Shown here piece after piece: positions 24,077 to 33,090 of a DNA stretch of 41,426 bases. Every line of letters begins with the position of its first letter. The stretch's first letter is position 1. The notes beneath the pieces are model-generated. The model was given only the letters and a program-made list of their open reading frames with translations, ran no database searches and was not told the origin of the DNA. The stretch lies in IMG/VR virus record IMGVR_UViG_3300028914_000024, positions 1-41,426 of that record, one strand, 5' to 3'. A program made the position numbers and the translations under genes. This DNA is from a virus.

Positions 24077-25336
24077 TTATTTTTTGATTGCAACCCTTTT
24101 ATAACCACTTACTCTTAATCTATCTTTTTTTTCTAATAAGCCACTTGCTTTTGATAGTTCTTTGTATTTATGATTTAGTATTGTTATCTTTTGTTGGCTT
24201 TCGCCTATAAGCATCTCATTATTACTTGCTCTTGCTAATATTTGAGTATCCTTTTGTTCTCGTATAGCTCTTTCTATTTGTCTTTGTAATTGAGTACCCT
24301 CATACATTGTATAATGTTTGCCCTCATAATCAAAGCCTTTATTGTTTCTATTTATTATTTCTTTTAGTTCCTCGTTTGAATATTCTGGCTTACTTATTCC
24401 TAAGACAATAGCAAATGTATAGTGATAACAATTATATTGGCTTATACTTCTTCTATCGTGTCCATCATAATTTGCATCAAACTCAACACCATCATAGCTG
24501 ACAGCTTTTTCATCACTTTGGAATTTTTCAAACTCACCTTTTTTAATTAATTTGCCATCCGCATCATATTGATTGGTGCTAAATTGTTTACCTTGTACAT
24601 CCTGGTGGTCAGGTGCAGGGTTTTCGTGTACTGTTATTTCAACACCATCCGCATCAAACTCTTTGCCTATTATTGTTTGTGTTTCATTGTGCAAAGTTCT
24701 TATAGCATCTTTCATATGCATTCTAACCGCACTATCAAGCCTCATTGTTCTTCCATTCTCATAAACAACCTTTAGACCCGTTCCCATTTGTTTTAACTGT
24801 CTAAACATTGCACTATCAAATGTTTCTTTACCTTGCCCTACATTTAATATTGCCTCGTCTAAAAGCTCGTTATATGCATCTTTTAAGCCTTTAAATGTGA
24901 CCTCTTTTGTCTTTTTATCTGCCATACCAAAGCCAATCATATCACTTCTTGCCATTTCTATGTATTTTTTTGCGGTGGCGGATGATATTGCGTCTATTTG
25001 ACTTTTCAATGCAAAATTTTGCTCGTATGGTATAAATTTTTTGCCTCTAAAGTCATAAAATTGCTTAGCAAACTCATAATCGTGCTTTGCAACCTCATCA
25101 AAAATTTTCTTAATATCTCTTACATTCAGCTTTGTTATTTCAGCAAGTTTTTTTATTATCTTGTCATAGTCACCACCATATTTTAGTATTTGCACTAATT
25201 CTTGAGCTTTGCTAGGTGTAAGAGTACCAAGTTTTTTGATACTCTTACCTATTTGCTCTAAAACATACTCGTTGCCTTGCTCTATTCTATTAACAAGCCT
25301 TTCAATTACTTTTTCAATAACCTCGTCAGATAACAT
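24077..25336 (-). CDS. Minor capsid / head morphogenesis protein (Phage_min_cap2 / SPP1 gp7-like)
   Basis: SISQYNCYHYTFAIVLGISKPEYS...GKHYTMYEGTQLQRQIERAIREQK is typical of this family. Confidence 0.7.
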   Translation of the reverse strand: MLSDEVIEKVIERLVNRIEQGNEYVLEQIGKSIKKLGTLTPSKAQELVQILKYGGDYDKIIKKLAEITKLNVRDIKKIFDEVAKHDYEFAKQFYDFRGKKFIPYEQNFALKSQIDAISSATAKKYIEMARSDMIGFGMADKKTKEVTFKGLKDAYNELLDEAILNVGQGKETFDSAMFRQLKQMGTGLKVVYENGRTMRLDSAVRMHMKDAIRTLHNETQTIIGKEFDADGVEITVHENPAPDHQDVQGKQFSTNQYDADGKLIKKGEFEKFQSDEKAVSYDGVEFDANYDGHDRRSISQYNCYHYTFAIVLGISKPEYSNEELKEIINRNNKGFDYEGKHYTMYEGTQLQRQIERAIREQKDTQILARASNNEMLIGESQQKITILNHKYKELSKASGLLEKKDRLRVSGYKRVAIKK

Positions 25337-25347
25337 AACATCACCTA

Positions 25348-25971
25348 CTATACATCTTGGCCTTTTGTAAAATCATTTCCCTCACTTGTATAAAATACGT
25401 TATTTACTATATCATACATTCCTACTTTATTATCACTTTTTCTATAACAAGGTATAAAATCTCTAATAAGCACATCATTGTTATCATAAATTTTACAAGA
25501 ATACATATTACCATTGAAAGCCTCTCCTGAACTCATACCATTTGTTGATAAAAGATAGCATCTATAATTATTTAATGAATAAGTATATGTTCCTTGTCCA
25601 TATAAAGTGCCATTTACTTTTATATAGTTATCACCAGACGTTGTACTTGCTTCTATTTTATATCTTGTATTTGTTTGAATATAAAGACCTGTCCATATAT
25701 CTTCTTTTGCACCTAAGCCGAATTGAAAACCTCCATTATCAAAACAAGCAAGATGTGAACGTGTAATAGGATAACTGAAATCAACTGCACCTATTATATA
25801 TTGTGTTGATAATTCATTAAATGATATATCTAATTCAAACTTATACCCATCTGTTATATCAAACCCTGTATTAATATAACCATATCTTACACCAGTTATA
25901 TATTCAACCTCTTGATATTCACTAGGCAATCTTGAACTTAGTGTACTTAAAAGGCTTCTAAATAAACTCAT
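25348..25971 (-). CDS. Fibre-tip / lectin-like protein (ConA-like fold suspected)
   Basis: LPSEYQEVEYI start and C-terminal IRDFIPCYRKSDNKVGMYDIVNNVFYTSEGNDF recur in gut phage fibre proteins. Inference. Confidence 0.5.
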   Translation of the reverse strand: MSLFRSLLSTLSSRLPSEYQEVEYITGVRYGYINTGFDITDGYKFELDISFNELSTQYIIGAVDFSYPITRSHLACFDNGGFQFGLGAKEDIWTGLYIQTNTRYKIEASTTSGDNYIKVNGTLYGQGTYTYSLNNYRCYLLSTNGMSSGEAFNGNMYSCKIYDNNDVLIRDFIPCYRKSDNKVGMYDIVNNVFYTSEGNDFTKGQDV

Positions 25972-25982
25972 ATTTCACCTTC

Positions 25983-26441
25983 TTAATATTTTTTCCATAT
26001 TGCAATATCATTTAATATTGAAATCATATAGTTTTTACTTGCAACACACGTTCCTGTACTTACCCCACCACTTGTTGTTAATGTTGGTGCATCACCTAAA
26101 TTAGTCAATGAACTAGGTATACTTACACTTGTTGCAGTTGAACCACTTTCAAAATAAATCATACTTTCTATATCAAATGTTGTTGTTGCAGTTATTGTTA
26201 ATGATGTTATTTCACCTAATTTATATGACTTGTTTCCTGTTAAACTAGCTATTGTATATGTTGAACTGCTATTTGTAATAACCTCAGGGCTATCCCCATC
26301 ATAAACTTGTGCCGTTGTTGTTCCATTCTTGTCAGTAATTGTTATCGTTGACACGTTGCTATTTTTAGTAACAGTTGCAGTTGGGCTATACCCCGCACTA
26401 CCCAAGCCACTTATTATTGTATTACCTTTTCTTAAACTCAT
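25983..26441 (-). CDS. Small fibre-like protein sharing the ITITDKNGTTTA module
   Basis: SPTATVTKNSNVSTITITDKNGTTTAQVYDG parallels two segments of 27257..28756. Confidence 0.55.
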   Translation of the reverse strand: MSLRKGNTIISGLGSAGYSPTATVTKNSNVSTITITDKNGTTTAQVYDGDSPEVITNSSSTYTIASLTGNKSYKLGEITSLTITATTTFDIESMIYFESGSTATSVSIPSSLTNLGDAPTLTTSGGVSTGTCVASKNYMISILNDIAIWKKY

Positions 26442-26450
26442 AATATCCTC

Positions 26451-27263
26451 CTAATTAAAATATTTTGCTAAGTCAACATTATAATTGTATGCCACTTCGT
26501 CAGCCGACAAATCTCTATTATATATTAAAAAGTTATGTATTGTTCCGTTAAATGTTCTATCACTTGGTGCATATTCTGGTGGATTTGCTTGTAAATAAGC
26601 ATTCCCAATTGTAAAATACATACTACTATTTAAACTACCGCTGAATGTATTTCTGTCATATACTTGTTGACCATCTATATATAAAATCATTCTTGATGTT
26701 GACATTATAACTAAAGTTAAATTATGTTGTGAGTTATCACTAGCCCAATCGGAGGTTGATATTGTTCTGCCTGAGCCACCTAACCAACCCGCACTTGAAC
26801 TTGAACCCTCGTATTGTACTAAGAAACCCGCACTGCCAATTCCGTGATTACCAAACAAGCCCATATAATTACCACCTGTTTTTACTGTGTATGTGCAACT
26901 TATCGTAACAGGCATATCGCTAAATAAATCGGTCATTTTTTTATCATTAACTGTTACGACACCATTATACGAATAATATAGTCTAAATTTTAGCCCGTTA
27001 GTTGTCCAACCTGAGTTATCACCAGTGCCATTAGAAAAGTTATACATTTTACCAACATTGTTATTTCCACTTAAGTCAGCCCACTCTGTTGCGGATGTAC
27101 TATAACCATTTCCTGTATTATCTATTCCACTATAATAAACTATTAATCCATCAGTAATATAATCATTGCCCTTTGGTTGCCATAATGTAACACCATTTCT
27201 TTCTATTTTTTTAACTGTTCCCTCAGGTATTGTAATACTTTTCACGTTAGAAAAATCTACCAT
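26451..27263 (-). CDS. LamG / concanavalin-A-like lectin domain protein
   Basis: FNGTIHNFLIYNRDLSADEVAYNY is the classic Laminin_G_3 C-terminal signature. Confidence 0.75.
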   Translation of the reverse strand: MVDFSNVKSITIPEGTVKKIERNGVTLWQPKGNDYITDGLIVYYSGIDNTGNGYSTSATEWADLSGNNNVGKMYNFSNGTGDNSGWTTNGLKFRLYYSYNGVVTVNDKKMTDLFSDMPVTISCTYTVKTGGNYMGLFGNHGIGSAGFLVQYEGSSSSAGWLGGSGRTISTSDWASDNSQHNLTLVIMSTSRMILYIDGQQVYDRNTFSGSLNSSMYFTIGNAYLQANPPEYAPSDRTFNGTIHNFLIYNRDLSADEVAYNYNVDLAKYFN

Positions 27264-28756
27264 AATACAACTTCCTTATCAACAGTAGTGTCATCATCCA
27301 ACGTAAATGTCCAAGTTTCGTGTGAAAAACTATGTTGACTTACCCATTCTGTGTCAAAATCACTATTACTAGCTTTTGCTAACACTTGACCCGTTGTTCC
27401 TGCACTTGGCAATCCATTGTTGCTATAATCATCAGTTATATTATAGAAAGTATCGGCATCCTTATTTTGTATTGCATTGTATTCGCTTAGTGTACCACTC
27501 CAAAACTTGTCTAAATTTGTTGTTTTTACATCTTTAACGCCAGTCATAAATTGAGTTTTGTTATACTCTATTTTTTGAAATGTTGTTACGCCTGTTGATG
27601 TAAATACATTGTTTTCCCACGTTCCATTTATTCTAAATGTAACTAAATATAGCGTATTACCATTAAAACTATATCCATCAAAAAGATACATTCTATCTTG
27701 ATTTGTTAATGGACTTTCATTACTCATAATAAATGTGTAATTGTAATTTGTTTTTAATAATACAATAGCATTTTTTATTTGTTTACCATAATAATAGTTT
27801 ATTAAATCAGTTGCACTTTCTTTTATTGCGTCTGTGGTATAATTTTCGTTATTATATGAAAATGTTGTTGGTATTTCAAATCTATATACTTGGTGTTGGT
27901 CTGTATCTACATATTGTTTTGTTGCATAATTACTTAAATCACCACCAACTGCACTTATAACATTATTTTCTATTGTTATGTTTTCTCCTGCTGTATATTG
28001 AACGTAACCATCTCTACCATCAGTTCCGTTAGTACCATTGATACCATCACTAACAATTGCGGTTGTGGTTCCGTTTTTATCGGTGATAGTTATTGTTGAT
28101 GTACTGCCACTTTTAGTTACTGTTGCAATTGGGCTTACCCCATCAACTCCGTCAATACCATTTCTTCCGTCAACTCCGTCCTTCCCGTCAACTCCATCTC
28201 TTCCGTCTCTTCCGTTTGTTCCATTCGTTCCATCTAAAACTTGTACCTCTTTTGATGTTCCACTTTTGTCCGTAATTGTAATAGTCGTTGTTGTTCCAAC
28301 TTTATTTGCATCTATATCTAAATTATTGACCTCATTTAAAGCTGTATCTATGTCATCTAATTTGCCATTAACCTCGTTTAAACCTTCTTGTAATTGCAAT
28401 TCGTATTGTTCTAATTCGCTTGGTGTTATTGGTTGACTATTTTCGGCATCTTTTAATGAACCTTCTAGTGTTGTAAAGTAACCAGGTTTAGGGTTGTATC
28501 TTTGAGTTGAATTAAATGCAACTACACCTAATTCAATTTCACCAGGTTCGGTTAATACTTCACTAGGTATTTCACATTGATTATTTATTATGATTTGTTT
28601 GTATGTGTCTCCTTTTAAAGTAAAATATGCCTCTTTTGTAAATGTTGCATCAAAGTCATCACTAAATTCAAAATCAACAGTTGTTACATTTATTTCTTGC
28701 TCATTTACTGGTGTATTAATTACTTGTATTGTATGCGGTTTAACTATTACTTTCAT
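27257..28756 (-). CDS. BppU-like fibre protein with collagen-like Gly-X-Y repeats
   Basis: N-terminal Ig-like BppU-type region, GTNGTNGRDGRDGVDGKDGVDGRNGIDGVDGVS collagen run, and a second GINGTNGTDGRDG run. Confidence 0.75.
   Translation of the reverse strand: MKVIVKPHTIQVINTPVNEQEINVTTVDFEFSDDFDATFTKEAYFTLKGDTYKQIIINNQCEIPSEVLTEPGEIELGVVAFNSTQRYNPKPGYFTTLEGSLKDAENSQPITPSELEQYELQLQEGLNEVNGKLDDIDTALNEVNNLDIDANKVGTTTTITITDKSGTSKEVQVLDGTNGTNGRDGRDGVDGKDGVDGRNGIDGVDGVSPIATVTKSGSTSTITITDKNGTTTAIVSDGINGTNGTDGRDGYVQYTAGENITIENNVISAVGGDLSNYATKQYVDTDQHQVYRFEIPTTFSYNNENYTTDAIKESATDLINYYYGKQIKNAIVLLKTNYNYTFIMSNESPLTNQDRMYLFDGYSFNGNTLYLVTFRINGTWENNVFTSTGVTTFQKIEYNKTQFMTGVKDVKTTNLDKFWSGTLSEYNAIQNKDADTFYNITDDYSNNGLPSAGTTGQVLAKASNSDFDTEWVSQHSFSHETWTFTLDDDTTVDKEVVLW
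28133..28231 (-). repeat. Collagen-like Gly-X-Y run (11 triplets) within 27257..28756
   Basis: gga-nnn-nnn periodicity read on the minus strand. It generates the mirror-image Pro/Ser-rich plus-strand ORF 28038..28436. Confidence 0.9.
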
Positions 28757-30240
28757 TATTTATCACCATCCTTTTTTTCTTCTTTTGGCTTTTCCTCGTC
28801 TTGTTCTTTTTTTCTATCGTTAGTTCCTAGTAAATCCTCTACATTAGGTTCGGCATCATCAATTTCTTGTATTTTCTTTTTAGCAATTTCTTCAGTTTCA
28901 CCAAATACTTTCATTCTATATTCAACCTTACTTAGTAAACCTGCACTTACTTCCCTCATTGCTCTATTACTTTCAGCTTCTTTATCTTCTATAATACTAT
29001 CATCAAATTGTATCACCATATCTTCATCGCTTATGTTATACTTACCAAATTCGCTTGATGCATAGCATATAGCTCTTACTAAATCATAGATTGCACTTTC
29101 ATAGCCTATCTCTAGTTTTTTCTTTCTTCTAAATAGTTTGCTATTACTTGATACAACTGCTGTTGCAGTGCTTAGATTTGTACCATCAAAATGATAGTGA
29201 TTTTCACCAAAGCCAACTTTATTGCCTAGTATGTTTAAGGCAGTGTTTAATGTGCTTATTTGTTTATCGGTTCTTAAATCGTCACTTTCACTTTGAATTA
29301 AATCGTCTTTTGTTGCACCTTTAGGCAATTGATAAATAGATGTATCCTCAGGGTCAAATACCATTCTTTGTTGCCCTTCATCATAGTTAAACATTTCAGC
29401 TCTTGCAAATATTCTTCTTTTACCATCTTTTACTTCAGTTTTTAATGCATCAAATACAATGTCAACTGTCTTTAAATTATCAATAGCATTTGCATAATGT
29501 GGTATTCCAAAAGGATTGTTATTAAACAAGTTATTTGTTAATAGTGGCTTAAATATACTAAACCATTTTATATCTGACTTAGTGTCAAAATCATCAACTG
29601 TGTTTTCTTTTTCTTTTATCTCGGTTAATAACCCGTTAGTGTCTTTAAATAAATGATTGTATATGTGATAGTTTCCGTCATCGGCTAATTTGTGAACCGC
29701 AAGTATTACATACTTTTCACCTTTTACATATTCAACCGAACCAAAAGCACATTCTGTTATTTCTTTATTGTTCCAACTTAGCGGATAAATCCAATCTATA
29801 TCAACAACATCAACTCTTGTTTTTGCCTCCGATACATCTAAATACATTCCATCTTGGTTTTCTATAATGTCATATACACTAACAACAACAGCTTCAGTTC
29901 CTAATGCACCTGACTTTTCTATTGATTGATTAATTACTGAGTATAAGTCTAAGCTATCTATTAGTTCGTCAAACTCATCTTGTGATTTATCATCCTTCAT
30001 TGATATTTTGCATTTTTCACTCCATAATATGTCTGACCAATCTTCACTAATTTCTTTTGCCATATTCATTGTATATCTATGTTGATTGACTTTCTTTTTA
30101 CCATTATAGATAAAATAATTATGAAATGACTTAACATTGCCTTGATACCAACTTTTCCATTGTTCAATGTAAGTTCTTAAATCATTTTTAGCATTTGGAT
30201 TGTAATTATAATTTATTTGTAAAAAATCTTCTAATTTCAT
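28756..30240 (-). CDS. Portal protein (SPP1 gp6-like)
   Basis: 494 aa. Downstream of TerL. RYTMNMAKEISEDWSDILWSEK motif and an acidic C-terminus. Confidence 0.85.
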   Translation of the reverse strand: MKLEDFLQINYNYNPNAKNDLRTYIEQWKSWYQGNVKSFHNYFIYNGKKKVNQHRYTMNMAKEISEDWSDILWSEKCKISMKDDKSQDEFDELIDSLDLYSVINQSIEKSGALGTEAVVVSVYDIIENQDGMYLDVSEAKTRVDVVDIDWIYPLSWNNKEITECAFGSVEYVKGEKYVILAVHKLADDGNYHIYNHLFKDTNGLLTEIKEKENTVDDFDTKSDIKWFSIFKPLLTNNLFNNNPFGIPHYANAIDNLKTVDIVFDALKTEVKDGKRRIFARAEMFNYDEGQQRMVFDPEDTSIYQLPKGATKDDLIQSESDDLRTDKQISTLNTALNILGNKVGFGENHYHFDGTNLSTATAVVSSNSKLFRRKKKLEIGYESAIYDLVRAICYASSEFGKYNISDEDMVIQFDDSIIEDKEAESNRAMREVSAGLLSKVEYRMKVFGETEEIAKKKIQEIDDAEPNVEDLLGTNDRKKEQDEEKPKEEKKDGDK

Positions 30241-30254
30241 TGTATCACTCCTTT

Positions 30255-30821
30255 TTATTTAACAATTTTTATTTGGTCTTTTTTAAAAGCAATTATTTCA
30301 ACAATATCATCTTTTTTTATTTTTTCTATACTAACTGATTTAGTTTTATAATTATAATATTTGTGTTCAGGCATATCTTCGTTTGCTATGCGTATAATTC
30401 CATCATATTGATTAATTTTGCCACTAGCATTTAATTTATTTAGTGTTGTATTATCGTTTGTTTTTAAATATAATGGTTTTTTAATGTTTAAATATACTTC
30501 TTTTATATTTCCCTTTTCACCAGCATAATATCCTGCAACACTATCTTTTCTTTCTGGTGGGGCAAAATAAAATCCCCTTGTGCCATCTGACCTTTGCCTT
30601 ATAAACTTTTCATCAAATTCCTCAAAATTTGTTGATGTTCCGTGATAAACTTTTATTAAATTGCCATTTTTATCTCTTATTTTACTGTCTTCAAATCCTT
30701 TTGGTTCTTTTGTTTTATTTTTATTTGTCTTTTGTCTAATAAAAGCATCCATAGGATTTTGCCCTTCTTTGACAAAAACGTGTGTGCCATTTATTGTTAC
30801 CCAATGTCCATCTTCTTGCAT
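30255..30821 (-). CDS. Putative ADP-ribosyltransferase-fold protein with N-terminal WxTIxGxxVFV motif
   Basis: GHWVTINGTHVFVKEGQ, then VYHGTSTNFEEFD ... RGFYFAP ... IKEVYL (H-Y-E-like spacing). ATG at 30821 follows GGAGGT. Confidence 0.45.
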   Translation of the reverse strand: MQEDGHWVTINGTHVFVKEGQNPMDAFIRQKTNKNKTKEPKGFEDSKIRDKNGNLIKVYHGTSTNFEEFDEKFIRQRSDGTRGFYFAPPERKDSVAGYYAGEKGNIKEVYLNIKKPLYLKTNDNTTLNKLNASGKINQYDGIIRIANEDMPEHKYYNYKTKSVSIEKIKKDDIVEIIAFKKDQIKIVK

Positions 30822-30822
30822 C

Positions 30823-32106
30823 TCAATAACCTCCATTTATATTCTGCATTAATTTGTCATAAAAAGGAAACATACTATATTCACTAGCATCCAAGTCATC
30901 AACGGGTGTTGTTCCATCGTCAAGTCGTTCATCTTCGTGTTTATCATCCCATAGAGCTTGACTATATGCCTCTATTAGATATTTGCATTTCCTAAGGATA
31001 AATCTCCGTTGTTGACCAAATAAATGGCAATCTAGCTCAATTCTATCAACTATCCTTCCTTTGATACAATCATCTACTAGCAAGGGTATTCCTTTTTCTT
31101 GTAAGTATTTATTCATACCATATGTTAGCACTTGACCTAAAGCACCATAGTCCGCAAAGCAATGTGTTACTTTCCCGTATGTGTTCATTACCCTTTTGTA
31201 AAACTCAACAAATTTTTTATACATTTCCTCAGGAGAATGTAACCCTGTCAGCTTTTCCTCATCTATTGTCCATACTTGTTTAAATAGTGGAGTTATTCCC
31301 GTTGCTTTAAATTCGGTTTCACCTTCAGTTGCACCATAGTCAATGCCAATTGATATAATCATAAAATTTAACTTATTCCCGTATTCATCAACCGCCTCAT
31401 CTCTTATGTATAAACTAGGATTGTCCGCAAATTGTCTATATATTATACCTTCAGCATTTTTCCATTGTCCTAGTATTAACCTATCATAATAAACTGTTCC
31501 TGCATATTCTTTGCATAGATTGTCAACAAATTCCTTTGGCAAAAAAGGGTTATCAAATATAGTGTAGTGTTGTACATAGACATCAAGTTGTTTTTCTTCA
31601 ACTTTATCTAAGAAATTAGCTTTTAGCCAATGTGATTGGTTCTCTGGGTTTAATGCACCATCAAAGCACGAATATGGCTTGTCTAATGAACCTTGTATCA
31701 TTACAAATACTTCTTCATTCCATTTAGCAACCTCATCACCATATGCATATTTGATTGATGTACCTTGTATTTTGCTTACTTGATTTACTTTTTCACAACC
31801 TAAACAATAGACAACCTCACCAAATAGTTTTGCAGTATTATCACTGCCTATTGTACCAACTAAATTTTTACCATATATTTGCCTTAGTGGTTGCAATACA
31901 TTTCGTTCTATTGTTCCTTTAGATACACCAAAAATACAATATAGACCATCTAAGCCTTTTCTTTCTATTATTCTTTTAGGTATTACATATAAATTATCAA
32001 GGTATGTTTTACCACATCTTCTTGCACCTACTTTGATATTATATCTATGATGAGCATTTTTAATAAATTCTTTTTGCTTATCACTTAGTATCATTTCGTG
32101 CCTCAT
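30823..32106 (-). CDS. terL: Terminase large subunit
   Basis: Walker A VGARRCGKTY, Walker B-like YGDEVAKW, and a C-terminal nuclease region. The start may be the ATG at 32094. Confidence 0.9.
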   Translation of the reverse strand: MRHEMILSDKQKEFIKNAHHRYNIKVGARRCGKTYLDNLYVIPKRIIERKGLDGLYCIFGVSKGTIERNVLQPLRQIYGKNLVGTIGSDNTAKLFGEVVYCLGCEKVNQVSKIQGTSIKYAYGDEVAKWNEEVFVMIQGSLDKPYSCFDGALNPENQSHWLKANFLDKVEEKQLDVYVQHYTIFDNPFLPKEFVDNLCKEYAGTVYYDRLILGQWKNAEGIIYRQFADNPSLYIRDEAVDEYGNKLNFMIISIGIDYGATEGETEFKATGITPLFKQVWTIDEEKLTGLHSPEEMYKKFVEFYKRVMNTYGKVTHCFADYGALGQVLTYGMNKYLQEKGIPLLVDDCIKGRIVDRIELDCHLFGQQRRFILRKCKYLIEAYSQALWDDKHEDERLDDGTTPVDDLDASEYSMFPFYDKLMQNINGGY

Positions 32107-32458
32107 TTTCTATCTTAGACAATAGCTCTTGAACCTTAGATATTTCGTTAGGATTTGTCGGTATCTCAATCTTTTCTCTCCACTCGTTTTTCTTTCTATT
32201 TTTAAGCCAAAATATTTGTGCGGTTACATTACCACTTAAAGCATTTAATAATAAGGCGTTTTCAACTTGATAGTCAACAACATCTCTGCCATCTTTTAGG
32301 GCATTACTTATATTACTGTGTTTATTTTTCCATTCGTAAAGTGTTTTAACATTAATTCCAATATTGTTTGCTATTTGTTCGTTAGTAAGCCCATCTCTAG
32401 CCCATCCTTGTAGCAATATAAGTTTATCATCAGTTAGCCATTCATCTATCTTAGCCAC
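32081..32458 (-). CDS. terS: Terminase small subunit (HTH type), GTG start
   Basis: GLTNEQIANNIGINVKTLYEWKNKH HTH and AQIFWLKNRKKNEWREK, immediately upstream of and overlapping terL. Confidence 0.8.
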   Translation of the reverse strand: MAKIDEWLTDDKLILLQGWARDGLTNEQIANNIGINVKTLYEWKNKHSNISNALKDGRDVVDYQVENALLLNALSGNVTAQIFWLKNRKKNEWREKIEIPTNPNEISKVQELLSKIENEARNDTK

Positions 32459-32488
32459 TTGTACCGCCTCCTTGCTATTTCAATAATC

Positions 32489-32517
32489 ATTATAACATAA
32501 AAAAGCAAAATAGACAA
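32489..32517 (-). promoter_or_regulatory. Sigma-A-type promoter upstream of terS
   Basis: Minus strand TTGTCT-17 nt-TGtTATAAT. Confidence 0.6.
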
Positions 32518-32522
32518 AATGA

Positions 32523-32792
32523 CTACTTTACTTTATATTTTCTTTCATTATCTATCAAATTGTCATAATCTTCTTGCTCAGTACTATTTAGATAAGTCCA
32601 TATTAAATTTTTAAAACTTTCATCCATATGAATGTTAGCATATACATACCACTTATAGAATATTTTTGCATCATCTTCCATAGCATCATAAAATAATTTT
32701 AATATTTTAGCATTATGTACAAAATCATTATAAGTAAGAAAGCATAGCTCATTCCTTATGAATGGGCATACTGAAAAGTCAATGTCTTTCAT
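32523..32792 (-). CDS. Hypothetical protein
   Basis: 89-aa ORF. Confidence 0.6.
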   Translation of the reverse strand: MKDIDFSVCPFIRNELCFLTYNDFVHNAKILKLFYDAMEDDAKIFYKWYVYANIHMDESFKNLIWTYLNSTEQEDYDNLIDNERKYKVK

Positions 32793-32928
32793 TCCTCTTC
32801 TCCATTTCCCTTTTTATTTCTTCCCAATATTCATCTGCTCTACTTGAAATAACGCAAGAAAAAAAGCATAGTAAAACCACTATACCTATTGCACCCAAAA
32901 CCAAAATAAACCCTAAAAATCCATTCAT
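32779..32928 (-). CDS. Small single-TM protein (49 aa, below ORF-track cutoff)
   Basis: Hand translation MNGFLGFILVLGAIGIVVLLCFFSCVISSRADEYWEEIKREMEKRNERH. GAGGGTGAT RBS. Antisense to the spurious plus-strand ORF 32762..32944. Confidence 0.55.
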   Translation of the reverse strand: MNGFLGFILVLGAIGIVVLLCFFSCVISSRADEYWEEIKREMEKRNERH

Positions 32929-32953
32929 TGTATCACCCTCTTAACTTAATCTA

Positions 32954-32982
32954 AGTATAGCATAATTTTAGATAAATTGCAA
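32954..32982 (-). promoter_or_regulatory. Sigma-A-type promoter
   Basis: Minus strand TTGCAA-17 nt-TATACT. Confidence 0.65.
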
Positions 32983-32983
32983 C

Positions 32984-33023
32984 AAAAAAAAGAACGAAGG
33001 TAGATTTAAAAAAACTCGTTCTT
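32984..33023 (-). terminator. Intrinsic terminator ending a short leader/sRNA
   Basis: Minus strand AAGAACGA-17 nt loop-UCGUUCUU followed by U8. Confidence 0.6.
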
Positions 33024-33055
33024 ATCTCAAGGGGGTGATGGCTTATTTATCCATC
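32986..33055 (-). ncRNA. Candidate short RNA of about 70 nt (sRNA or attenuated leader) with a C-rich linker
   Basis: Starts about 7 nt after the TATAAT at 33062..33067. Hairpin GAUGG-AUAAAUAAG-CCAUC, single-stranded ACCCCCUUGAG, then the terminator hairpin. Confidence 0.45.
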
Positions 33056-33061
33056 AATAAC

Positions 33062-33090
33062 ATTATAACATATTTTAAAATTTATTGCAA
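33062..33090 (-). promoter_or_regulatory. Sigma-A-type promoter
   Basis: Minus strand TTGCAA-17 nt-TGtTATAAT. Confidence 0.7.

Noticed and set aside
28038-28436. Pro/Ser/Thr-rich plus-strand ORF with PSTPS repeats
   Set aside because: It is the mirror image of the collagen-like Gly-X-Y repeat run (28133..28231) on the minus strand, so it is not an independent gene.
25983-28756. Diversity-generating retroelement (template/variable repeats), suggested by the repeated ITITDKNGTTTA modules
   Set aside because: There is no reverse transcriptase anywhere in the genome. The repeated modules are diverged at the nucleotide level across all bases, not in an adenine-specific pattern.
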